From: a virus
IMG/VR virus record: IMGVR_UViG_3300025010_000007
Coordinates: 1-64,000 of that record
Direction: 5' to 3' (one strand)
DNA: 64,000 nt
A model generated the notes under the pieces. The model made no database searches. It saw nothing but the letters and a program-made list of their open reading frames with translations, and was not told the DNA's origin. Position numbers and translations under genes: made by a program. Below are positions 1 through 9,002 of this stretch, one piece after another; the stretch's first letter is position 1, and every line of letters begins with the position of its first letter.

Positions 1-139
1 GAAGAAGAAGTTAGGAAAATTTCTCTTAGACTAAAAGAAATTGATCAAGAAGTTTTAGCCGATCCGGAAACTTACGCCTTGTTCTTTCAAGAATACCAGG
101 AAATGGCGAAAAAAATAGAGAAATATCAAAATAATTGAT
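1..139 (+). CDS. 3' end of a hypothetical protein (partial)
   Basis: Open frame EEEVRKISLRLKEIDQE...IEKYQNN*, followed by hairpin AACCGC-TTCG-GCGGTT plus T-run. Confidence 0.5.
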
Positions 140-162
140 AATACTAACCGCTTCGGCGGTTT

Positions 163-399
163 TTATTTCATCGCCGCCCCCAATACCTGAGTAACCACAT
201 ACAACGCCACCGAAAACAATACACCCTTCCGGGCCAACGAAAACCCAAACATGCTGAAAAACAATGACACCATAGCACCCATTAAACATATTTCAAAGCT
301 GTAGTAGTAAAACGCAGTCCCGGCAGCCGCCAGAGTAGCAGCCCAGCCAGCCAGTTTTTTTAGGCCAGCAGCTACAAGCCAAGCGGCTACGGCAGGCAT
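163..399 (-). CDS. Small membrane protein
   Basis: Hydrophobic 78 aa; abuts the stop of 400..993 (coupled). Confidence 0.65.
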   Translation of the reverse strand: MPAVAAWLVAAGLKKLAGWAATLAAAGTAFYYYSFEICLMGAMVSLFFSMFGFSLARKGVLFSVALYVVTQVLGAAMK

Positions 400-993
400 C
401 TACGCCACCCCCAGGGCCATAGCCAACGGCATGACACTAAGCGCCCCTTTGATCTGATAGAAAAAGTACGGGATAACGAAAACTCCGATGTACCCAAGCA
501 TTGCATATTTGATTTTGTCCTTGCCGCCAGGATTGCCTATGATGATCTCGATTAATCCCCAAATAGCCATACCGATGCCAACCGGGAGGGCAAGCTCCTG
601 GAGCATGGAAATAACTGGTTGTAGTGCTGGAGCAATGCCCATAACTGGCTTTACCCCTGCTAATGTTACCTGAGTAGCTACGGGTACGCTGTATTGACCT
701 GCTACGGCGCTTATTGGAGCAGTGGCAAGTAGATTAATGCCTGTGGTCAAGGGAAGTATGTGGCGTTTGGCGGCCTCGCGGATGCTGGTTAAGCGGTCGC
801 GCAAGGTTTCGGTTTTTGGCTGGACGGTAACTGCTACCGCCTTGGACTCTACTGCTACCGGGAGTGATTCCGGTCTTACTTGGATATTAGTTGATTTCTT
901 GACTTTGGTCTGCCAGTAGAAAGCCTCGTTTTTGACTGGCTTTGGTGCCGAATTGCTGTAGTTTATAGGGGTTCCGTTGATTCTCACGATCAT
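400..993 (-). CDS. Membrane protein with C-terminal TrbC/VirB2-pilin-like double TM hairpin
   Basis: RBS AAAGGCGGG; C-terminal LALPVGIGMAIWGLIEIIIG...IKYAMLGYIGVFVIPYFF. Confidence 0.6.
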   Translation of the reverse strand: MIVRINGTPINYSNSAPKPVKNEAFYWQTKVKKSTNIQVRPESLPVAVESKAVAVTVQPKTETLRDRLTSIREAAKRHILPLTTGINLLATAPISAVAGQYSVPVATQVTLAGVKPVMGIAPALQPVISMLQELALPVGIGMAIWGLIEIIIGNPGGKDKIKYAMLGYIGVFVIPYFFYQIKGALSVMPLAMALGVA

Positions 994-1107
994 GTTTATC
1001 CCGCCTTTCTTATGTATGGTTTTCCGTACCGTTTTAGTATTGTATAAGATATTATTACAGATGGCTTGTCCGTTATGACAATAAAAATAAGCCCGCTATA
1101 AGGTAAT

Positions 1108-1503
1108 TTATTCCTTAATAACGGGCTCCAGGTAAAACAGGTCATTAATTTTTTCAGGGGGATAGTTTAAGGAGTTTAAAAGAAGTAAGACTGTTTTTAT
1201 TGACGGTTCGGCTTTTCCGTTTATTACGTTGTTTAGGTGTGGCCGGTTAATTCCTATTTCCTTGGCTATTTTTGCCTGAGATTTACCACTTAATTCTATG
1301 GCATCCTTAAGGTTATTTTTCATAACAATATTGCTTTTCGATAAGGCAGAAACTTCTCTGCTATACGGTTCAAGCCATTCCTCAAATATTCCTTGGAAGA
1401 ATTTAGATTCGGTAAGATCAGGATTTGATTTCTTGGCTTTTTTAAAAACAGCCTGCATTATTTCAGTTAATCCTTCCGGCAAGCCCATCAACTCCAGTAT
1501 CAT
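1108..1503 (-). CDS. XRE-family HTH transcriptional regulator
   Basis: NNLKDAIELSGKSQAKIAKEIGINRPHLNNVINGKAEPSI; RBS GAGGTGG. Confidence 0.85.
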   Translation of the reverse strand: MILELMGLPEGLTEIMQAVFKKAKKSNPDLTESKFFQGIFEEWLEPYSREVSALSKSNIVMKNNLKDAIELSGKSQAKIAKEIGINRPHLNNVINGKAEPSIKTVLLLLNSLNYPPEKINDLFYLEPVIKE

Positions 1504-1572
1504 AAAACCACCTCATACCGTTATGTATATGCGGAAATTGGTATGTCAATACTAATTATAGAGGTGATAGAC

Positions 1573-1701
1573 TTGATTCGTTTAGTTAACACATCATTAC
1601 TTAAATCAGAATACGACCGCGACAGCTACGACATCAACAAAGCCGCCAAGGATATAGCCGATAAGACTAAAAAAGCCGCCGAAAACAGCAAAAAGCAGTA
1701 A
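1573..1701 (+). CDS. Small hypothetical protein (42 aa, not in ORF track)
   Basis: GAGGTGA RBS, TTG start, MIRLVNTSLLKSEYDRDSYDINKAAKDIADKTKKAAENSKKQ. Confidence 0.5.
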   Translation: MIRLVNTSLLKSEYDRDSYDINKAAKDIADKTKKAAENSKKQ

Positions 1702-1833
1702 GGCCAGAGATGCCCTACTGCTTTTTTGCGTTACTCTTAACTTCGTTAATGCGTTACTCAAAAGCTATTCGGTTACAAGGTGGAATATGCGTGTTTTGTG
1801 GAATATTCGTTAGCGGTAAGTTCTGGGTGGGAT

Positions 1834-1849
1834 TATTCCATGTGGAATA
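1834..1849. promoter_or_regulatory. parS/NBS-hybrid palindrome, copy 1 (TATTCCATGTGGAATA)
   Basis: One mismatch to the copies at 10920 and 27291; extra GTGGAATA half-sites at about 1780 and 1798. Confidence 0.7.
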
Positions 1850-1974
1850 TTTTGAGCAAAATAGGCCTCGCGAAGGCTTTTAAGATAACTTTAGGTAATT
1901 TATTATATCATAATTGTATGCTTATGCTCTCCTAATTTGGAGGGTATTTTTATTTAAAAACACTCAAAAATGTC

Positions 1975-2003
1975 TTTACATACATGTATGTATGTGGTAT
2001 ATT
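1975..2003 (+). promoter_or_regulatory. Sigma-A-type promoter of the + strand operon with overlapping 16-bp palindromic operator
   Basis: TTTACA-17 nt-TATATT with TG extension; perfect palindrome TACATACATGTATGTA at 1977-1992. Confidence 0.65.
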
Positions 2004-2040
2004 ATATATACAGAAAATGAATTCGAGAGGAGCTAGATAA

Positions 2041-2673
2041 ATGACAACAGCAGAGCTTATTAAAAAATACGATATAACGCTACACACTGAAGGACGAATC
2101 AGAGTTCCTAACGCAAAGAAACTTTCACAGAAAACACGCGACATGCTGATAGCGGCGAAACCGGAAATTATTGCCGAACTGCAACTTCGGGAGCAGGAAA
2201 ATGTTGAGTTGAAAGCCAAGGCCGCCGCAGAGAAGGAAGCTGAAAAACAGGCTATTATTGCCGGAGCAAAAATCATCCAATTGAAATATCATGACGGCGA
2301 GTACCTGAGCGGGCACTTTACGACCGGGCAAGAAGCAAATATCCTGATAGACTTGGGAATAGCCAAATACGTTGAAGGCTGGGGTTGTCACGTAGACAAC
2401 AGAGCTGTTGATGCACTAGGTAAAGAATTCACCTATCAGCAGGCTGTTGAATACATGAGACCGGCAGTAGAGGCAAGAGAAGCTGCACAAAGGGAAAAAG
2501 AAGCCAAGCGTCAAGCCAAGCTTGATGAAGCCAGGGGAACCGGTAAGCCCGTACTATTGAAAAGCTGGAGCACCGGTTGCTGTGACCCAAGAGAAGAATG
2601 TAGTCTTGACAATCACTATGAGTATGCAATGCCGGATGGCAGCGTTGAGCATAAGTGGTGTCACACCTGGTAA
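2041..2673 (+). CDS. Hypothetical phage protein with C-terminal Cys/His motif
   Basis: RBS GAGGAG; 210 aa. Confidence 0.8.
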   Translation: MTTAELIKKYDITLHTEGRIRVPNAKKLSQKTRDMLIAAKPEIIAELQLREQENVELKAKAAAEKEAEKQAIIAGAKIIQLKYHDGEYLSGHFTTGQEANILIDLGIAKYVEGWGCHVDNRAVDALGKEFTYQQAVEYMRPAVEAREAAQREKEAKRQAKLDEARGTGKPVLLKSWSTGCCDPREECSLDNHYEYAMPDGSVEHKWCHTW

Positions 2674-2723
2674 AAACAAAGCCCCGCCGCCGGGCTAAAG
2701 GCGGCAGAAAGGGGAGCGACAAA

Positions 2724-2957
2724 ATGAAAAACAAATATATCGTTAATATCAACGCTAAATTAGAAGAAATTCAAAAATTCAAAGAAGAAGAGGACTATGT
2801 TTATTTTAAAGGTTTCTTGGCTGGATTATTTGATGCAGGGAAATTGAATTTACAAGAAGTGCAGAGTTATGAAAATAAAGCTAAAGAACTAATGGGCTAT
2901 CCTATTTATGAAAATTCAGAACAATATGTAAGGGAATGCAAAGATATAATCCGCTAA
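2724..2957 (+). CDS. Hypothetical protein
   Basis: RBS AAAGGGGAG before MKNKYIVN. Confidence 0.7.
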   Translation: MKNKYIVNINAKLEEIQKFKEEEDYVYFKGFLAGLFDAGKLNLQEVQSYENKAKELMGYPIYENSEQYVRECKDIIR

Positions 2958-3031
2958 GGGAGTGCCGAGAATCCCGGCAGGAGGCGAAAGCCTCCCCAGT
3001 TCAAGGGTTAAATTAAAGGAGGATATATAAG

Positions 3032-3289
3032 ATGAAATGCCCAGCATGTGGCAAGAGAATAGGCGGTAGAGGAATATTTGATCATGGTTTGGTGTACTGC
3101 TCTAATGATTGTGCAGATAAAGAGTGGAGAGAACACAGGGCTGACGAATGGGCAAGGGCAGAGTCAGAAGGAGCGTATACGTGCTACGAGGATTATATGC
3201 AATACGAGTACAACGCAACAATAGCTGACGACCATATACCTGAACATGGCCCAAACGATGAAAATTGGGGTCCTTATGGATGGATGTAA
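3032..3289 (+). CDS. Small zinc-finger-like protein
   Basis: CPACG...YCSNDC; RBS AAAGGAGG. Confidence 0.7.
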   Translation: MKCPACGKRIGGRGIFDHGLVYCSNDCADKEWREHRADEWARAESEGAYTCYEDYMQYEYNATIADDHIPEHGPNDENWGPYGWM

Positions 3290-3296
3290 GACATAC

Positions 3297-3350
3297 GCAG
3301 AGTGACGGCCTACGGGCCGGTAATGCGGCAGAGTGGGTCACAAGCCCCAC
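3297..3350 (+). ncRNA. Twister self-cleaving ribozyme (circularly permuted, P5-type)
   Basis: GCA-GA-GUGA, P1 CGGCC-UACG-GGCCG, G-U^AA-UGC-G-GC, P4 GUGG-GUCACAAGCC-CCAC; P2 (UGC/GCA), T1 (UCAC/GUGA) and T2 (GC/GC) all complementary. Confidence 0.88.
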
Positions 3351-3372
3351 CAGCAAGAAGGGAGATGATTAA

Positions 3373-3567
3373 ATGTACATTGATGAACTTAGAAAACTTT
3401 CCGATGAGCAACTTATTGAGTTGTTTAAAAATGCGGATAAAGAATACGATGATCCAGATAAATTCGACGAGGTAACTTATGATATCTTCGAAATTCTTGC
3501 CGATCGTTACGGCAGCGAGGTTGGTTGGATATTATTTGATGCACTAGAAGAAAACAAAAGTAGGTGA
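3373..3567 (+). CDS. Small acidic hypothetical protein
   Basis: RBS AAGGGAG; 64 aa. Confidence 0.65.
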   Translation: MYIDELRKLSDEQLIELFKNADKEYDDPDKFDEVTYDIFEILADRYGSEVGWILFDALEENKSR

Positions 3568-3571
3568 AATT

Positions 3572-4699
3572 ATGGCACAATACTCCGTTACCCGCTCATG
3601 CGGTCACGATGAAATAGTAAACCTTATTGGTCCACACAAAAACCGCGAATGGCGCTTGGAAAACGTAGAACCAAACAAACTTTGCCATTCCTGCTACATC
3701 GCAGACCTTGAGCAGAGAAAAGCCAAGGCAACCGCCGAAGCGATAGAGGCGGCAAGTGAAATGGAACTGCCAGCACTTGCGGGTACTGAAAAACAGATCG
3801 CCTGGGCTGAGAAAATACGCCAAGATGTGATCGCCAGGGCAGAAGGCTGTATCTATGGGCGTGTGCCCGAAGCGGAGCGCGAAACACTACTGCCGGGGTT
3901 CGATGAACTGCAACAAATAGAGTCTGCCCGGTGGTGGATCAATCATAGGGACATAACGCTCCGGGAACTTGAGAAATTAATGTTGAAAACGGCTAAGGAA
4001 CAGGAGGAAAAACCCCTTGCCGATGCCGCTAAAATTGAAGCAACTGTCAGGCCGGAAAAACCAGTTACCGAAACAGTTGCAGAAATACGAGCTTTGGAAA
4101 ACTGTATCGAGGTGCATTTCCCAGAGAAACGCGACGACTTCAGGGAAATTGTCAAAGTTCAGTTAGGCATGGAGTGGAGCGTTAACCGGTGGACGAGGAA
4201 ACTTGTTAAAATTAACGGCACCCCCGCAGACCGAGCAGCGGAGGCAGGGCATAGACTACTTGCTGCAGGGTTTCCAGTCAGAATCTTTGATGATGAGACG
4301 CGGCAGAAGGCTATTACTGGCACATATGGGCCGGAACATACGCGGTGGATTATGTGTCGTGTTAGCGGTGATTACCTTGGGTATCTTTCGATCAAGTGGG
4401 GTCGTAAGGAGGATTTTTACCGGGCGGCGAAGGGTATCAAAAGAAGTCGCTACTACAAATCAAACGTAGTTGTGCCGCCTGAATATTTTGACGAAGTGCT
4501 GGATTTCGCACAGTTATATGATTTCCGAATCTCTGAGAGTGCGCAGAAGGCAATAGATGTGGCACGACAGGCGCGCGAAAGTATGCTTGTGGTTAATGTT
4601 GTGCTGCCAATCGAAAAAGAGCATGTTGTTGTCAGTGGAAAGCCTCCCGTTTTAGAGGTGCCGGCGGAGGTAGATGTCGCGGATGAGTTTAGAGACTAA
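3572..4699 (+). CDS. Hypothetical phage protein
   Basis: 375 aa; N-terminal CGH..CxxC and LAGTEKQIAWAEKIR motif. Confidence 0.8.
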   Translation: MAQYSVTRSCGHDEIVNLIGPHKNREWRLENVEPNKLCHSCYIADLEQRKAKATAEAIEAASEMELPALAGTEKQIAWAEKIRQDVIARAEGCIYGRVPEAERETLLPGFDELQQIESARWWINHRDITLRELEKLMLKTAKEQEEKPLADAAKIEATVRPEKPVTETVAEIRALENCIEVHFPEKRDDFREIVKVQLGMEWSVNRWTRKLVKINGTPADRAAEAGHRLLAAGFPVRIFDDETRQKAITGTYGPEHTRWIMCRVSGDYLGYLSIKWGRKEDFYRAAKGIKRSRYYKSNVVVPPEYFDEVLDFAQLYDFRISESAQKAIDVARQARESMLVVNVVLPIEKEHVVVSGKPPVLEVPAEVDVADEFRD

Positions 4700-4712
4700 G
4701 GAGGTATATTGA

Positions 4713-4916
4713 ATGCTTATCGAAGAAAAAGGTGGTCTTTATGACGTACATGAGGAATGTGCCGAGGCCGGGGAGTGTGAGCTCCACAAAGCTAAGGACG
4801 AATTCAGCGGGTGCCATAATATTGGTAAAGCATCGTCCTGCTTTTACTGTCTTAATAAACCAGATCATCCACACATAAAATTAGTCGGAGTTTGGGTTCC
4901 GTGTGATGAATCTTAG
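4713..4916 (+). CDS. Small Cys-rich protein
   Basis: RBS AAGGAGG; overlaps helicase start. Confidence 0.6.
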   Translation: MLIEEKGGLYDVHEECAEAGECELHKAKDEFSGCHNIGKASSCFYCLNKPDHPHIKLVGVWVPCDES

Positions 4917-6315
4917 GACTGAGTTAATGTCACACCAGGCCGATGCGGTAAATAAGGTTATCTCTAGCCGCATCGGGGCTTTATTTATGGAAATGGGTAC
5001 AGGCAAAAGCAGAACGGCCATTGAACTAACCGATCGGCGCAAAACCAAAATTGATAAAGCGATCTGGTTTTGTCCGGTTAGCCTAAAAGAAACCGTCCGA
5101 CAGGAGATTTTAAAACATACAGACTGCACTAATGCCGATATATGTGTATTTGCCGACCGTACCAACGAACGTAATGCCCCGGAGGTGCTCTGGTATGTCG
5201 TAGGCATCGAATCTATGAGCAGCAGTAATCGGGTAGTATTAACCATCAACAAGCTTATCACCGACAAGACAATGATTATCCTGGACGAGTCAAGCTACAT
5301 AAAAGGGCACAGGTCGCTACGCACGATGCGGATAACCGAACTATCTAAACGGGCAAGGTACCGCCTCATTTTGACCGGCACGCCGCTGTCCCAGGGAGTA
5401 GTCGATCTATTTTCTCAAATGCGGTTTTTGTCCCCTAAAATTCTTGGTTATGATTCGTTCTACTCTTTTTCCGCGAATCACTTAGAATATTCGGAGAAGT
5501 TTCCTGGTATGATTATTCGGGCACATAATGTACCGTATTTAGCGGCAAAAATCAAGCCTTATGTCTACCAGGTGACAAAAGGGGAATGCCTTGATCTACC
5601 ATCTAAGCTTTATGATACGCGATATTTTAGGATGACTGAGGAACAGAGATATCTTTATGAACGAGCCAAGGATGAGATTCTTTCCGAGATAGAAAACAAC
5701 GACGATTACTTTACGTCTATAACTATTTTTCGTCTATTTTCGGTGTTACAGGGAATAGTCTGTGGGTTCTGGAATCGGCGGGGATATGGTTCTATTGAGT
5801 TTGAACACCGAAGGACAGAGACACTAATAGACACAGTTTATAGTATTCCAAGGGACCAAAAAATTATTATCTGGTGTAAGTATCGTTACGATATTAAACA
5901 CATCGAAAAAGAGCTAACTGATAATTTTGGTCCTGGTTTAGTCTCTATGTTTTACGGTGACTTGAACGAGTGGCGAAGAACTGAGGAAGTAGAAAAATTC
6001 CGTAATAGTTCCCGGTTCTTTTTGGCCACCCAAAGCTGTGGAGGCCACGGTTTAACGCTTAACGAGGCACACTATGTTATTTTCTACAACAATGCTTTTA
6101 AATATAGTGAACGACTCCAGGCTGAAGATCGTTGTCACCGGATAGGACAGGAACACAAGGTGACCTACATTGATATTCAATGTGCTGGCAGTATTGATGA
6201 TAAGATCGCCGAAGCACTGGCCAAGAAAGGGAGTTTAGTACACGCTTTCAAAAGGGAGGTTGATAAAATTAAGGACCAAAAAGGTAAGTTAAGGGGGCTG
6301 ATAAAGTCACTATGA
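4903..6315 (+). CDS. SNF2-family helicase/ATPase
   Basis: MEMGTGKS, LDESS, LTGTP, GHGLTL, QAEDRCHRIGQ motifs. Confidence 0.93.
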   Translation: MMNLRTELMSHQADAVNKVISSRIGALFMEMGTGKSRTAIELTDRRKTKIDKAIWFCPVSLKETVRQEILKHTDCTNADICVFADRTNERNAPEVLWYVVGIESMSSSNRVVLTINKLITDKTMIILDESSYIKGHRSLRTMRITELSKRARYRLILTGTPLSQGVVDLFSQMRFLSPKILGYDSFYSFSANHLEYSEKFPGMIIRAHNVPYLAAKIKPYVYQVTKGECLDLPSKLYDTRYFRMTEEQRYLYERAKDEILSEIENNDDYFTSITIFRLFSVLQGIVCGFWNRRGYGSIEFEHRRTETLIDTVYSIPRDQKIIIWCKYRYDIKHIEKELTDNFGPGLVSMFYGDLNEWRRTEEVEKFRNSSRFFLATQSCGGHGLTLNEAHYVIFYNNAFKYSERLQAEDRCHRIGQEHKVTYIDIQCAGSIDDKIAEALAKKGSLVHAFKREVDKIKDQKGKLRGLIKSL

Positions 6316-7604
6316 GTAAGAAATATCTCAAAAAGAATGTTTACGACGCGGCCCAGGAACGGATTAGAATTATTTTTAATGAGTTCGAGAAAGTTTATGT
6401 TTCCTTCTCGGGAGGCAAAGATAGCGGTGTTGCCCTAAATCTTATTCTCAACTATATGCGAAGTAATAGTATTACAAATAAGATCGGAGTTTTGGTAGTA
6501 GACCTCGAAGGTCAGTATCAAGAGACAGTCAACTACATACAGACGATGCTCGAAAGCAACGCCGATCTAATAGAACCGTACTGGGTATGCTTACCGCTGA
6601 ACCTACGCAACGCTGTCTCTGTATACCAGCCGTTTTGGTGCTGCTGGGAGTCGGGACTGGAGGATAAATGGATTAGGCGGTGCCCGGATTTTCCGGTCAT
6701 TACGCAGCAGGGATACTTTCCATTCTACCGCTACAGAATGGAGTTTGAAGAATTCGTGCCTGAATTCGGCAAGTGGTTTTCTGAAGGCAAAAAAACTGCC
6801 TGCCTAGTAGGTATTAGATCAGACGAAAGCCTAAACCGTTTTAGAACTATCGCCAGTAGTAACAAAGAAACATATAACGGCATCGCATGGACCACAAAAA
6901 TAGACAGCAACCTTTACAACTGCTACCCTATTTATGACTGGAGAACCGAAGATATATGGACGGCGAACGGGAAAAACGGGTGGGAGTATAATAAGCTCTA
7001 TGACCTGTTTTATAAGGCTGGCGTTAGTATCCACGATATGCGAATATGCCAGCCTTATGGTGACGATCAACGTATTGGGATTAACCTGTTCCGGGTGATT
7101 GAACCAGAAACATGGGCAAGAGTAGTTAATCGAGTATCCGGTGCAAATTTCGGCAATATCTACTGTGGGACCAAAGCCCTTGGATATCGTCAGGTACAAA
7201 TTCCTAAAGGGCATACATGGAAAAGCTACACAAAGCTACTGCTTGCCAGTTTGCCACCGGAAACCCGCGAAAACTATGTTAGTCGGTTTATCCGTTTTAT
7301 GCGTTACTGGAATAAAAATGGCTGTGGACTACCGGATGATTGCCTGAGTAAGTTGCCCGCATCCGCTGTAGTAACCAACAAAATAGCAACCAGGGGGCAT
7401 AAAAATAAAAAGGTTGTTAGATATACAAGGATCGAGGATAGTCTCCCTGGTGATATTGAAAGCAAGCACTATGCCCCCACATGGCGCAGGATGGCCATGT
7501 GTATCCTTAAAAATGATCACCTTTGTAAAGGGTTGTCATTCGCTCAAACCAAAAACCAGGCAGAGCGACAGCGGCAACTAATAGAGAAATACCGGAATCT
7601 TTAG
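6312..7604 (+). CDS. IbrA/YbdN-like PAPS-reductase (PP-loop) family protein with DUF3440-like C-terminus
   Basis: SFSGGKDS, GIRSDESLNR, YPIYDW, MRICQPYG, WRRMAMCILKND. Confidence 0.9.
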   Translation: MSKKYLKKNVYDAAQERIRIIFNEFEKVYVSFSGGKDSGVALNLILNYMRSNSITNKIGVLVVDLEGQYQETVNYIQTMLESNADLIEPYWVCLPLNLRNAVSVYQPFWCCWESGLEDKWIRRCPDFPVITQQGYFPFYRYRMEFEEFVPEFGKWFSEGKKTACLVGIRSDESLNRFRTIASSNKETYNGIAWTTKIDSNLYNCYPIYDWRTEDIWTANGKNGWEYNKLYDLFYKAGVSIHDMRICQPYGDDQRIGINLFRVIEPETWARVVNRVSGANFGNIYCGTKALGYRQVQIPKGHTWKSYTKLLLASLPPETRENYVSRFIRFMRYWNKNGCGLPDDCLSKLPASAVVTNKIATRGHKNKKVVRYTRIEDSLPGDIESKHYAPTWRRMAMCILKNDHLCKGLSFAQTKNQAERQRQLIEKYRNL

Positions 7605-7612
7605 GAGGGCAC

Positions 7613-8041
7613 ATGAAAATCAAACGATTAACAAATCAAGATAAGAATTTTTACAACACGCTCGGACCATTCCTGGCCCGTCGAGATATTGAGCGTGAAA
7701 TAGGTTACAAGGTATACGATGATGATGGAAAGGAATGGCTAATTGCTACTGAGATGAATAAAATTATTGGCTTTTGTTATATTCAGGAAAAACCTAAATC
7801 GCATTATCGAATTGGTAGTTGTTATGTTGTTGATAAATACCGGCAAAAGGGGGTTTTCAAAGAGCTATTTAAGAACGCTATTAAAAACATCAAAGGTGTT
7901 GCTACGATGACAACAAAAAATAAGCATCTTATGGGGATGCTTATAAAGCATGGTTTTACAGAAAGTAAGCAGAGAGGTAGCTTTACTGAATACTCAAAGG
8001 AGTTTGGTGTTGATGAAGAAGTTCGAGAGTCCGGTTTATAA
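7613..8041 (+). CDS. GNAT-family acetyltransferase-like protein
   Basis: IIGFC...YVVDKYRQKGVFKELF acetyl-CoA motif A and KHGF motif B. Confidence 0.75.
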   Translation: MKIKRLTNQDKNFYNTLGPFLARRDIEREIGYKVYDDDGKEWLIATEMNKIIGFCYIQEKPKSHYRIGSCYVVDKYRQKGVFKELFKNAIKNIKGVATMTTKNKHLMGMLIKHGFTESKQRGSFTEYSKEFGVDEEVRESGL

Positions 8042-8522
8042 TGTTATAGGTGTGCCGGTTGAACAGGTGATAGCCAATGATTATAATCCTAACGCCGTTG
8101 CTCCACCTGAAATGAAATTGCTTGAACTGTCCATTTGGGAGGACGGCTTTACTCAGCCGGTAGTAACGTTTTATGACAGCGAAAACGATAAGTATATCGT
8201 TGTTGACGGTTTTCACCGGCATTTAATTCTGAAGAACAGTAAGCGAATCTACGACCGCGAAAACGGACTACTACCAGTTGTGGTCATTGATAAGAAAATC
8301 GGTGAACGTATGGCCTCTACTATCAGGCATAACCGGGCCAGGGGTACGCACAACATCGATCTGATGAGCAATATTGTGGCCGAGCTTGTTGAAATGGGCA
8401 AATCAGACTCCTGGATTGCAAGGCACCTGGGAATGGATGTTGATGAGTTGCTTAGACTGAAACAGATTACCGGTCTGGCCACATTATTTAAGGACCGGGA
8501 ATATTCTAAATCATGGGTTTAA
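8013..8522 (+). CDS. IbrB/YbdM-like ParB/Srx-domain protein
   Basis: ANDYNPNAVAPPEMKLL, VVDGFHR, STIRHNRARG; likely start MKKFESP at 8013. Confidence 0.9.
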   Translation: MKKFESPVYNVIGVPVEQVIANDYNPNAVAPPEMKLLELSIWEDGFTQPVVTFYDSENDKYIVVDGFHRHLILKNSKRIYDRENGLLPVVVIDKKIGERMASTIRHNRARGTHNIDLMSNIVAELVEMGKSDSWIARHLGMDVDELLRLKQITGLATLFKDREYSKSWV

Positions 8523-8535
8523 GGAGGGGTTACAA

Positions 8536-8838
8536 TTGAGAAAAAGCCTACAGGACATAGCTCATATGATACAAAAGAGGCCTTATTCGGGGCAACTGCC
8601 GGAGGAATTGAAACCGTACCACTACTATATTTCAGATTCAGGTCATTCTATTATGTGTGTTTTAGAAACGCACCTGGGCGAAGCGCAAAAGTCTAATATG
8701 GATGACTATGAAGTACCAGTGCCGGTTAAATACGTGGTCGAAAAGGGATACAGATTTGTAGATCAATACATCGTCGTTGACGCTGAATACGATAATAATT
8801 TTGGCTTGATGGTGGATGATAGGTATTCTGAATATTAG
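8536..8838 (+). CDS. Hypothetical protein
   Basis: RBS AAGGAGG; 100 aa. Confidence 0.7.
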   Translation: MRKSLQDIAHMIQKRPYSGQLPEELKPYHYYISDSGHSIMCVLETHLGEAQKSNMDDYEVPVPVKYVVEKGYRFVDQYIVVDAEYDNNFGLMVDDRYSEY

Positions 8839-8849
8839 GAGGTTGAGTT

Positions 8850-9002
8850 GTGGCAAAAATAGCTTACAGTACACAAATAGAATATGAAACATTGCAACTG
8901 CTTAACAAATATATCGAGCAGACGGGAGACTCTAAGGCTTCGGTTACTAATGAGGCTATCAAGGAGTATATAGAAAAAAGAATAAATAAGGATAAAAAAT
9001 AA
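8850..9002 (+). CDS. Ribbon-helix-helix DNA-binding protein (50 aa, not in ORF track)
   Basis: RBS AGGAGG, GTG; MAKIAYSTQIEYETLQLLNKYIEQTGDSKASVTNEAIKEYIEK fits the RHH pattern. Confidence 0.7.
   Translation: MAKIAYSTQIEYETLQLLNKYIEQTGDSKASVTNEAIKEYIEKRINKDKK

Noticed and set aside
2958-3008. HDV-like or hammerhead ribozyme call
   Set aside because: Could not assign the nested double pseudoknot or a CUGANGA/GAAA core; kept only as an unassigned structure
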